Program-made: the position numbers and the translations under genes
Shown: one piece after another, positions 19,051 through 27,227 of the stretch
How positions within the stretch are numbered: the stretch's first letter is position 1
Layout of the letters: every line of letters begins with the position of its first letter
The notes under the pieces: generated by a model
What the model was told of the DNA's origin: nothing
The model's database searches: none
Seen by the model: only the letters and a program-made list of their open reading frames with translations
DNA from: an uncultured bacterium
Lineage (GTDB): Bacteria; Deinococcota; Deinococci; Deinococcales; Trueperaceae
Length of the DNA stretch: 44,815 nt
NCBI GenBank assembly: GCA_964550765.1
Contig: CAZKAZ010000002.1
Location: 1 to 44,815, forward strand
Direction: 5' to 3'

Positions 19051-19446
19051 CAAGTACGTTGCAGATGCCCCGACGTTGAAACCCGCTTTGAATATGCCCC
19101 GGAGTATACGACGCGGGCGAAGTCTGGCGCTGACATGAATGGGTTGGCATTGCGTCAGGATAACGCGATTGTACACCCTGAGATGTAAAACCAACAGCGA
19201 CAATCGCTTAGCACACGCACTTAACGTTTGATGATTTATTAAACTGTTATAAAACAGAGCCTACATTGCACATAAAACGCAAAAGCGTAGCCTAATGTGT
19301 ACAAGCAACCGCTCACAGGAGGGACGGGGTTCTTTTGTGAGGTTTTGTACAAGTAGCTCGAGTAAGCCCCTACACCCCGTAACGCAATAAGGTGATTAAG
19401 CCCTTCTGTTACGCAAAAAAACCGCATATATGTCCACTTGTGAGGT

Positions 19447-19458
19447 TGTGCGCACAAG
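19447..19458. promoter_or_regulatory. Perfect 12-bp palindrome TTGTGCGCACAA, candidate dimeric regulator site
   Basis: It is self-complementary and flanked by further GTGAGG/CCTCAC inverted repeats. It lies in the leader region. Confidence 0.3.
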
Positions 19459-19669
19459 CACAAAGTGAGTGGGGTTTTTAATGAGTGAAGGGCGTCTAGC
19501 CCTTTAATCTGAGGACATATTGTGGCTCACACTTGAACCTATCCCCCGAACATGGGAATTGTGAGTTACCTTAATAACCCCCTACCATGAACGTGTCGCA
19601 GAACTGTCGCAACGCGTGTAGGTAGCGTGTACCCAAAGGGCATGTGTGGGGTATCAAAGGAGGCGTTTT

Positions 19670-19759
19670 ATGCGTGGTGATGATGACGTTAAGGCTCGAG
19701 GACGCCAGAAAAGTGCCGCACACAGTGCTAACGACGACTGTGTCATTGACCCTAGATGA
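19670..19759 (+). CDS. 29-codon small ORF (MRGDDDVKARGRQKSAAHSANDDCVIDPR) with near-ideal RBS; possible leader peptide
   Basis: SD AAGGAGG is 6 nt upstream of ATG at 19670. It sits about 170 bp upstream of the gene A start. No homology is claimed. Confidence 0.25.
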   Translation: MRGDDDVKARGRQKSAAHSANDDCVIDPR

Positions 19760-19774
19760 TTGAGGTGACAACTG

Positions 19775-19832
19775 ACGTGACGACCCTGACGACCCGTAAC
19801 CTGACGACCCATAACCTGACGACCCCGATGAA
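19775..19832. repeat. Direct-repeat cluster, four copies of TGACGACCC (two embedded in a 15-mer RTAACCTGACGACCC), 100-155 bp upstream of gene A
   Basis: The sequence reads GACGTGACGACCCTGACGACCCGTAACCTGACGACCCATAACCTGACGACCCCG. Confidence 0.5.
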
Positions 19833-19931
19833 GATTGAAGTAACGAGGGCGCTAGCAAGGAAGGAGTACCATTGCACGATGGCATTTTGTTGTTGTGTTC
19901 ATCATAAATACATAAAAATAGGAGATTTGTC

Positions 19932-22900
19932 ATGTTAAATGCAAAAACGACGCGTCAGCCGAAAGGTTCGCTTGTTAGCCTGCGTGCAGCGGGTCATGTT
20001 TTCGTGCTGGCTATCGTGCTTTTACTCAGTGCGTGTGGTGGTGATGGTGACGAGCCAGATATTGGTAGCGGACAGGGTACGCTAGCGGTCAGTATCACCG
20101 GTTTGCCCGCAGGTGCCGATGCCGATGTGAACGTGGTCGGCAGTGCTTTTAATCAAGTGTTAACAGGCACGAGCGCGCTGCTTGTCGATGTCGGCGGTTA
20201 CACCGTGAACGCGTCTGACGTAACAGCACAAGGTTATACCTTTACGGCTGACGTGACCCCTGTTGCTTTGAGTGTGGTAGAAGCGCAAGTGCGCACCGTT
20301 GAGGTGGTTTATGACGCTGTTCCTCGCGTGCGTGGAGGCAGCTTACCTGACATTGAAGCCGAAGAAGCCCAACGCGAAACCTTGAACCTTAACCCGCTCA
20401 TTGATGACTTTGAAAATGACACGTTGACGTTTACGGTGGTGGGTAATACCAACCCCAATGTCATCACTGCAACTATGACGAACGGCGTGTTGGCGGTGCA
20501 ACCACTTAGGGATGCTGTTAGTGGTGATGCTACGGTCACAACCCTGTTGACCATTCAAATCACTGATGACGCTGGCAATACGATTGACACCACCGTGGAA
20601 GTCATTGCTACCTATCAAGGTGATCAAGGTGGTGGCGGTAATGGTGGTAATGGTGACAATACGCCGCCAACGGTCAGTGGCGATTTGCCAGATATTCAAG
20701 TGGGTGCGGGCGCTGCCCCTATCACCGTTGATTTGGTGGGTGCATTCACTGACCCCGATGGCTTTAATACCCTCACCTTTGGGTCAACGAGTACTGATGT
20801 GACGGTAGCGACCTCAACAGCAGGTGCTGACAGCCTGACAGTGACATTCAATAACCCTGGCACGACCACCATTCGGGTGACTGCTACTGATGACGCGGGC
20901 GCACAAGTGAGCCAAAGTTTTCAAGTGGTCATTGTGGGAATCACCATTCCCAACGTCACCGGAAGCGTGGGTGATGACAGTGAAACCATCGACCTCGACG
21001 ACATTTTTGGTGGTCTAGGCGACAACCTCAGTTACACCGCTACGAGTAGCAACACCAGCGTGGTGACCGTGGCCATCGACGATGATGGCATCTTGACCAT
21101 CGACTTCGTAGGACCAGGCACGGCGGTTGTCACGGTGACAGCGCGTGACCCTGAAGGCAATATTGTCAGCCAAGTCAGTTTTACCGTCATAGTGGCCGCT
21201 GAAGGCGCTAACACTGGGCCGATTACTCGAGGTTTACCCAACATCATCGCCGAAGAAAATGAACCTGCTCGCACGTTTAACTTAGCGAACTTTTTTGATG
21301 ATGCCCAAGACGGCGGTAGCGGCCTCAGCTACGAAGCAGTGAGCACCAATGTCGGGGTGGCCACCGTGGGTGTGAACGGCACGCGTTTAACCATCGCTTT
21401 TGGTGTGGTTGGTGACACAACCATCAACGTCACGGCCACTGACAGTGAAGGTCTTAGTGTCACAGACGCGTTATTTGTCAATGTGGTGCCATCTTTTAAC
21501 AACACAGCGCCAGTAGCCACCGACGACACTGCCACGGCTATTGCCGGTATCAGTACCAATATCAATGTGCTTGCTAACGATAGTGATGTAGACAATCAAG
21601 CCTTGACCATCGACAGCACGAGCCAACCGAGCGCTGGCCAAGTTGAACGTAGTCAAAACCGCCTCATCTATACAGCGCCCGGTGCGTTTACGGGGCAGGT
21701 AACGTTTACCTACACCATCCGCGATACTTTTAGTGCGACTGATAGCGCCACGGTGACGGTAGATGTGGTGGCCAACACGGGTGTGCCCGTAGCGGTTAAC
21801 GATACAGCAACAACCAGTCAAAACACCGCTACCAACATTGGTACAGGTGTCCTGCTTGCCAACGATAGTGATCCCGATGCGGGTGACACCTTGACGGTAA
21901 CAGCCGTAGATGACACGGCGTCACAAGGTACGGCGGTACTCGCAGGCGCCATCGTGACGTACACACCAGCGACGGATTTTGTTGGTACAGACACGTTTAC
22001 TTATACCGTCAGTGACAGTGCGAGTAACACGGCTACAGGCACGGTGACGGTCACTGTCTCAGAAGGTAGTGGCGGTGGCGGTAATGCGCCCGCTATTGGC
22101 AGTTTCGCACCTGGAACGACGAATGCGACTGTCGGTACACCTGTTACCTTTACGTACAATTTTGCTAATCCAGAAACAGGCCCGTTTACCTGCACGTTTA
22201 CGCCCGGTGGTACGGGTACACCTGGTGCGGGTTTGTCGGGAACTGCTCCTAACTACACGGTCACGAACTGTGCAGGGCAAGGTAGTGTGACGTTTACGTA
22301 CAACAATGCAGGCGACCCTATTACAGTGACGTTTACGGCACAAAACAGTGGTGGCTCGAGCAACGCTACTGCCGACCTCACCGTCACCACAGATGGCGGC
22401 GGCGGCAACACCGCCCCAACAGCCGCTGATGACAGTGCCACAACCGACCAAGACCAAGCTGTCAGCGTTGATGTACTTGCCAATGACAGCGACAGTGACG
22501 GCAGTATTGTAGCTAGCAGTGTGGCAGTAACCAGCCAACCAACCAACGGCACGACCAACATCAACACCACCACGGGCGCCATTACCTACACGCCTGCAGC
22601 CGGGTTTACTGGTCAAGATAGTTTTACTTACACCGTTAACGACGACGCGGGGGCAACCTCCAACGCGGCGACTGTCACCGTGAGCGTGGAAACCGTTGCT
22701 GGTAACGAAACTATCAACCTCACCAGTGACTGCGATACAGCTTCCAACGTGGGGGATACTTGTACGGTCACCGTCAGCCTCGCGGGTAATGTTGCGCCCT
22801 TTGGTTTTGTGGGGATCAGTTTTGATATCGCCAACCCCAACTTCCAAATCAACGACGCCCAAGCTGCAGGGATTACCGCAGGTGGCACGGCAGGTTTAGG

Positions 22901-23111
22901 ACAAAACAACCGTACCGTGGCCATTATCACCTTAGCGGGCAACTTAATTGAGCCGCAAGAAAACGGCATCGTGGCGAGAATTATCTTTGAGCGCACCCAA
23001 GCGGGCGCATCGACGTTCACGGTCAGTGGTGCTGAACTTGGTGCCAACGCCGCCGACAGTGGTGCTAGTGACGTGGTGATTAGCGGCACATTTACCTTGG
23101 ATATTCCGTAA
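19932..23111 (+). CDS. giant surface lipoprotein A: lipobox signal, Big/cadherin-like (tandem-95/VCBS-type VLANDSD-DxDGDxLT) repeats, C-terminal cohesin-like module
   Basis: SD TAGGAG is 7 nt upstream. The signal peptide is ...VFVLAIVLLLSAC-GGDGDE (lipobox L-S-A-C). At least four roughly 95-aa repeats carry VLANDSD…D-x-L-T…YTP…F-G-D-FTYT. The C-terminal 140 aa show a cohesin-like strand pattern (GISFDIANPNFQI, GIVARIIFERTQAGASTFTVSG). Confidence 0.85.
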   Translation: MLNAKTTRQPKGSLVSLRAAGHVFVLAIVLLLSACGGDGDEPDIGSGQGTLAVSITGLPAGADADVNVVGSAFNQVLTGTSALLVDVGGYTVNASDVTAQGYTFTADVTPVALSVVEAQVRTVEVVYDAVPRVRGGSLPDIEAEEAQRETLNLNPLIDDFENDTLTFTVVGNTNPNVITATMTNGVLAVQPLRDAVSGDATVTTLLTIQITDDAGNTIDTTVEVIATYQGDQGGGGNGGNGDNTPPTVSGDLPDIQVGAGAAPITVDLVGAFTDPDGFNTLTFGSTSTDVTVATSTAGADSLTVTFNNPGTTTIRVTATDDAGAQVSQSFQVVIVGITIPNVTGSVGDDSETIDLDDIFGGLGDNLSYTATSSNTSVVTVAIDDDGILTIDFVGPGTAVVTVTARDPEGNIVSQVSFTVIVAAEGANTGPITRGLPNIIAEENEPARTFNLANFFDDAQDGGSGLSYEAVSTNVGVATVGVNGTRLTIAFGVVGDTTINVTATDSEGLSVTDALFVNVVPSFNNTAPVATDDTATAIAGISTNINVLANDSDVDNQALTIDSTSQPSAGQVERSQNRLIYTAPGAFTGQVTFTYTIRDTFSATDSATVTVDVVANTGVPVAVNDTATTSQNTATNIGTGVLLANDSDPDAGDTLTVTAVDDTASQGTAVLAGAIVTYTPATDFVGTDTFTYTVSDSASNTATGTVTVTVSEGSGGGGNAPAIGSFAPGTTNATVGTPVTFTYNFANPETGPFTCTFTPGGTGTPGAGLSGTAPNYTVTNCAGQGSVTFTYNNAGDPITVTFTAQNSGGSSNATADLTVTTDGGGGNTAPTAADDSATTDQDQAVSVDVLANDSDSDGSIVASSVAVTSQPTNGTTNINTTTGAITYTPAAGFTGQDSFTYTVNDDAGATSNAATVTVSVETVAGNETINLTSDCDTASNVGDTCTVTVSLAGNVAPFGFVGISFDIANPNFQINDAQAAGITAGGTAGLGQNNRTVAIITLAGNLIEPQENGIVARIIFERTQAGASTFTVSGAELGANAADSGASDVVISGTFTLDIP
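22690..23108 (+). other. cohesin-like beta-sandwich module at C-terminus of gene A (by-eye)
   Basis: By-eye alignment to the type-I cohesin consensus. VTVSLAGNV corresponds to V-x-V-x-IG, FDIANPNFQI to FxYDPxVLEI, and NGIVARIIFERTQAGASTFTVSG to DGVFAKIxxKVKSxAxGxxxITFxxVG. This needs HMM confirmation. Confidence 0.45.
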
Positions 23112-23125
23112 TGTTTTCAGCGTTT

Positions 23126-23146
23126 GAGGCAGTGTCATACTGCCTC
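23126..23146 (+). other. 8-bp stem hairpin (GAGGCAGT-gtcat-ACTGCCTC) in A-B intergenic spacer, no U-tract
   Basis: A perfect inverted repeat in the 61-bp spacer. It is a candidate RNA processing or stability element rather than a terminator. Confidence 0.3.
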
Positions 23147-23172
23147 ACCTTTAGAAACGAGAGGTTAGGTGT

Positions 23173-26100
23173 ATGAAGAAATACATCGTGATTGCGGTGC
23201 TGCTTGCTGTGCTTGCATCCTGCCGCCAAAGCGCCCCCCCAGTAGATGAAGCGCTCGTCGGCTACACCGTGCGAGCAGACGATGCCAGTTTAGCGACGAC
23301 GTTTGATGTCAGTTACGACCCTGCGCTGACGTTTGTAGGTGTCACCAGTGTGGGCGTCACCAGTCAACAGGGGGCGTTTTATGCTGCTGGTGCGCAAGAT
23401 GGTGTGGTGCGGGTAGCCAAGGTAGCCGCTGACGTGAGTGCGACTGAGGTGACCTTGGTTTTTCGAGGCACAGCAGGCACAGTTGCAGCAGGCACTGTGT
23501 CGCTCGAGACACCTGGGTTTCGTGGTAGCCAGCACGTCTTAGATACTCGCCCTGATATGCGCCAAGAAGCCTGGCTCGAGACCCAAGTGACTGTCCCCAG
23601 TGACGCCGTGCTCGAGGCTGCCTTTGCCAACAGTCCTTTGGGTGACTTTGATAACGACCAAACTTTTGAGTTTGCCGACGTGGTGGCTATTCTCAATATT
23701 TACTTAGAAAACACCAACATCAATAGCATCAGTGACTATCAACTTTATCATAGTGATATCAACTGCGACAACGAAGTGAGTTTTGCTGATGTCATTGCCG
23801 CGTTGAATAAGTTCTTGGGTAACTCGAGCCCTACCTTGCAACTGTGCCCTACGTCTGTCACTGCCGATGGCAGTACGGGTAGCGATATTGTCTTGGCAGG
23901 TAACATCGGCAGCGGATCGCTACCTACCATTAACGTGACTTATGAAGCGGGTGACCCGCAGGTGTTTACTGCCCCTAGCGGCAGCCCCGGTCAAGCTTAC
24001 GTGGTTGATCCAGCTACCCCACTTGGTACCTATAACGTGACCTTTGATGCGGGTACAGCGGGTAGTGAAACGGTGAGCGTGTTAGTGACGAGTTCTACTG
24101 CCAATACCCCGCCTACCGTCAGTGCCATCGACGACCAAACCATCAACGAAGACAGCCAAACTAGCCCCTTAGAATTCACCATCGGTGACATCCAAACCCC
24201 TGTTGATCAACTTATTGTCAACGCGTCTTCATCGGATACTACTATTATTCCCAATAACGCCCTCACCCTAGGTGGCGCTGGGGCTAACCGCACTATCGTG
24301 GTCGATCCTGCTGCCAACCAGTACACCAGCGGTACGCCCGTTACCATCACCGTGAGCGTACAAGACCTAGCGGGTGCTGTCACCGAAGAAACCTTTGATG
24401 TCACTGTGAACCCTGTAAATGACCCGCCGACGTTTCTCAACGCAGGCAACCAAAGTTTGCTCTCAGGTACCAACACCGAACAGGTCATTCCCAATTGGGC
24501 GTTCAATATTGACGTAGGCCCTAACGAACCCACCCAAAACGTGGCCGGGTTTGATGTCACCATTGTGTCGGGGCAAAGTTTGTTTGCCGTAGCGCCTACG
24601 ATTGGCAACAACGGTACCCTCACCTACACGCCTACGGGCAACGACGGCGTAGCGGTCGTCAACGTTAGCTTGCGTGACAATGGCGGCGTCGGTAACGGTG
24701 GTTCGGACACCTCGGCCACACAGCAATTTACCGTCACGGTGAGCGATAACTTAGCACCTACCATCACGCCCATTCCCAACCAAACCATCAACGAAGACAG
24801 CAGCACGGGTGTGCTCAACTTTACTGTGAACGACAACGAAGACGGGGCAATCGCAGGGGGCTTAGCTGGTTTGCAAGTCACTGCCAATTCATCCAATACC
24901 AGCATCATCCCGCCAAGTGGCATTGTGTTGGGACCTAGCCCCATTACGGGCAGCGCCCGCACCATCAATGTGACGCCTGCTGCCAACCAGTTTGGTGGCC
25001 CCGTGGTGATTACGGTCATTGTCGAAGATAGCCGAGGGGCAACCGCCCAGACGAGCTTCCAAGTGACAGTGAACCCTGTTAACGACGCCCCTGATTTTGA
25101 TTTGCCAGCCAGCACGAACCTGTCAACCATTACGGGTTACGGTGAACAGGTCATTCCGGGTTTTTTAACTAACTTTGACCCTGGCCCTGCCAACGAAGCC
25201 AGCCAGACCAAGCTCGAGACCATCATTAATGGTGTGCCTTCGGGTGTGTTTGCGGTACCTCCAGCCATTGACGCTTCGGGTACGTTGCGCTTTACGCCGG
25301 GTAGCAGCGCTGGTACGGCCAACTTAACAGTGCAAGTGCGCGACAGTGGTGGTACGGCCAACGGCGGCGTGAATCTATCTGCTGCCCAACCGTTCACTAT
25401 TGATGTGGTGGCCAACACCGTACCGACAGGCACGATTGCTGACGTGACCGCTCGAGCTGATGACCCCAATCAAACCATTGACTTAGCAGCGGCGTTTAAC
25501 GATCCTGATCAAGATGATGGGTCGCTCGAGTTTGCCATCACGTCAGTAGCCCCTGAGGGCATCGTCACGGCCACAGCGGATAACGGCAGCGATCAACTGA
25601 CGCTCGACTTCTTAGCAGACGGTACGGCCAACGTCACCGTCACGGCTACCGACATTGGTGGCGCAACGGGGTCAGTGACCTTCCAAGTCATCGTCAACAC
25701 GCCCCCGACAGCGGGCACCATCAATGACATCACCGTCAACGAAAACGCCCCTAACCGCGTGATTGACCTCGATGACGTGTTCAGTAATGCTGACCCGCTC
25801 ACCTACAGCGTCACCCAAAACACCGACCCGACCGTGGTGGCAACAAGCATCACTGGCAGTAACTTAACCCTTGACTTTGACGTGCCCGGGACGTCTACCA
25901 TCACCGTGCAAGCCGAAGAACCAGGTGGCGAAACGGCCTCGGTGACGTTCAACGTGCGCGTGAATGCTGCGCCCACAGTGGTGAGTCCCATTACCAACAT
26001 CACCGCCAACGTCAACGACCCTGATTTGACCTTTGAACTGTCTACCCGCTTCAATGACCCTGACGACCCCACGCTCACCTACACCATCGCGCAAAACACC

Positions 26101-27135
26101 TTTAGCAATGTGGTCGATGCCCGCTTGCAAAACGGTGCACAACTCGGTAGTTTGTTGCGGCTTAACTTCCTTACCCCTGGCGTCAGTCAAATCACCTTGC
26201 AAGCCGTAGACAGTAACGGCTTAACCGTCAGCAATAGCTTCCAAGTGACGGTCGTCGATAACCAACCCACCCTCACAACCGCTATTCCGAACATCACCGG
26301 CAACGAAGGTGAAAGTGAATCGCTCAACTTGGCCGATTACTTTGCTGACGTTGAAGATGATGCTGATGGTGTAGCACTCACCTACGCAGTGACGAATAAC
26401 ACCAATTTGAGTGTCGTGAGTACTGATATTACCGGTACGACCCTCGACCTTGATTTCTTGATGGGTGGCATCGCCGAGTTAACTGTCACGGCAACAGATA
26501 GCCAAGGGCAGTCGATTAGCACCAGCTTCTTTGTAACAGTCAACGGCATGCCGGACATCTTGCGCACACTCAATGACCTGATTCTCAATCAAGAAGACTT
26601 ACCCTTTGCGATCGACTTAACGGAATTCTTTACTGATGCCGAAGATGGGGGGGCAGGTTTAACCTATGGGGTCATTGGCAACACAGATAGCAACATTGTG
26701 GCGACGAATGTTGCTGGGGTGACGCTCAACCTCAACGCAGGTACGGCCATTGCTGAAGGTGGTATGACGACGATTACCATTCGGGCAACCGATACGGACG
26801 GTCAGTCCATCGACCAGACGTTTGATGTGACCATCACCAACCAAGCACCGACGGTCAGTCAGACGATTGGTAACCGCAGCGCCGCAGCAGGTGGTTCGAC
26901 GACGATTAACTTGAACTTGTACTTCAGCGACTTCGGTGACTTGAGCTATCGGGTGATTGGCAATACCAACACCACCGTAGTGACCAATCCTATTGGCAGT
27001 AATGTCGCGGGGAATGTGCTTGTCGTCAATGTGGCAGCCGGGGCGAACATTGGTCAGCAAGCGACGCTGACGGTACAAGCGCAAGACGCAGGTGGCTTAA
27101 CCGCCCAACAGTCGTTTGTAGTGACTGTTCAATAG
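23173..27135 (+). CDS. giant surface lipoprotein B: lipobox signal, cohesin-like N-module, dockerin module, then cadherin-like (CADG, NPVNDAP) and Big-like repeats
   Basis: The signal is MKKYIVIAVLLAVLASC (lipobox L-A-S-C). Residues 40-130 show FDVSYDPALTFVGV…DGVVRVAKVA…TLVFRG (cohesin-like). Residues 158-218 carry two canonical 12-residue Ca loops, each followed by a helix (dockerin). At least eight repeats of roughly 100 aa contain TVNPVNDPPTF / VNPVNDAPDF. Confidence 0.85.
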   Translation: MKKYIVIAVLLAVLASCRQSAPPVDEALVGYTVRADDASLATTFDVSYDPALTFVGVTSVGVTSQQGAFYAAGAQDGVVRVAKVAADVSATEVTLVFRGTAGTVAAGTVSLETPGFRGSQHVLDTRPDMRQEAWLETQVTVPSDAVLEAAFANSPLGDFDNDQTFEFADVVAILNIYLENTNINSISDYQLYHSDINCDNEVSFADVIAALNKFLGNSSPTLQLCPTSVTADGSTGSDIVLAGNIGSGSLPTINVTYEAGDPQVFTAPSGSPGQAYVVDPATPLGTYNVTFDAGTAGSETVSVLVTSSTANTPPTVSAIDDQTINEDSQTSPLEFTIGDIQTPVDQLIVNASSSDTTIIPNNALTLGGAGANRTIVVDPAANQYTSGTPVTITVSVQDLAGAVTEETFDVTVNPVNDPPTFLNAGNQSLLSGTNTEQVIPNWAFNIDVGPNEPTQNVAGFDVTIVSGQSLFAVAPTIGNNGTLTYTPTGNDGVAVVNVSLRDNGGVGNGGSDTSATQQFTVTVSDNLAPTITPIPNQTINEDSSTGVLNFTVNDNEDGAIAGGLAGLQVTANSSNTSIIPPSGIVLGPSPITGSARTINVTPAANQFGGPVVITVIVEDSRGATAQTSFQVTVNPVNDAPDFDLPASTNLSTITGYGEQVIPGFLTNFDPGPANEASQTKLETIINGVPSGVFAVPPAIDASGTLRFTPGSSAGTANLTVQVRDSGGTANGGVNLSAAQPFTIDVVANTVPTGTIADVTARADDPNQTIDLAAAFNDPDQDDGSLEFAITSVAPEGIVTATADNGSDQLTLDFLADGTANVTVTATDIGGATGSVTFQVIVNTPPTAGTINDITVNENAPNRVIDLDDVFSNADPLTYSVTQNTDPTVVATSITGSNLTLDFDVPGTSTITVQAEEPGGETASVTFNVRVNAAPTVVSPITNITANVNDPDLTFELSTRFNDPDDPTLTYTIAQNTFSNVVDARLQNGAQLGSLLRLNFLTPGVSQITLQAVDSNGLTVSNSFQVTVVDNQPTLTTAIPNITGNEGESESLNLADYFADVEDDADGVALTYAVTNNTNLSVVSTDITGTTLDLDFLMGGIAELTVTATDSQGQSISTSFFVTVNGMPDILRTLNDLILNQEDLPFAIDLTEFFTDAEDGGAGLTYGVIGNTDSNIVATNVAGVTLNLNAGTAIAEGGMTTITIRATDTDGQSIDQTFDVTITNQAPTVSQTIGNRSAAAGGSTTINLNLYFSDFGDLSYRVIGNTNTTVVTNPIGSNVAGNVLVVNVAAGANIGQQATLTVQAQDAGGLTAQQSFVVTVQ
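23641..23820 (+). other. dockerin (type-I-like) module within gene B
   Basis: Loop 1 is D-F-D-N-D-Q-T-F-E-F-A-D followed by VVAILNIYL. Loop 2 is D-I-N-C-D-N-E-V-S-F-A-D followed by VIAALNKFLG. Both fit D1-x-[DN]3-x-D5-…-D12 plus an amphipathic helix. Confidence 0.6.
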
Positions 27136-27146
27136 ACGTTTTCTCT

Positions 27147-27173
27147 GGGCTAGGTGTTGTGCCTAGCCCTTTT
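27147..27173 (+). terminator. Intrinsic terminator/attenuator hairpin between genes B and C (GGGCTAGG-tgttgtg-CCTAGCCC + TTTT)
   Basis: An 8-bp GC-rich perfect stem followed directly by T4, 12 nt after the gene B stop. It is probably a partial terminator that sets B:C stoichiometry. Confidence 0.5.
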
Positions 27174-27194
27174 GACACCTTAGGAGGTAACAAG

Positions 27195-27227
27195 GTGAAA
27201 CACGTAACACAAAGAGGTAGGCAATGA
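27195..27227 (+). other. 10-codon upstream ORF (VKHVTQRGRQ*) with strong SD, stop overlapping gene C start (ATGA)
   Basis: AGGAGG is 8 nt before GTG at 27195. Its TGA stop at 27225-27227 overlaps ATG at 27224. It may act as a translational-coupling leader. Confidence 0.25.

Noticed and set aside
18946-19463. Short ORFs (80, 83, 74 aa) on both strands in the 1.1-kb leader
   Set aside because: They have no RBS, show low complexity and are mutually overlapping. The region reads as regulatory or structured RNA rather than coding. Only the 29-codon ORF with an ideal SD was retained, at low confidence.
19560-19670. Possible c-di-GMP-I (GEMM) riboswitch in the adhesin leader
   Set aside because: Only a short GTAGGTAGCG fragment resembles the Vc2 aptamer. 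The GGCAAACC…GGGACGCAAAGCC core is not present. This is left as a check-with-Infernal suggestion only.
19756-19938. 60-aa plus-strand ORF overlapping the TGACGACCC repeats and the start of gene A
   Set aside because: The product is essentially a translation of the DNA repeat (TTLTTRNLTTHNLTTP). It has no RBS and overlaps the strong gene A initiation region.
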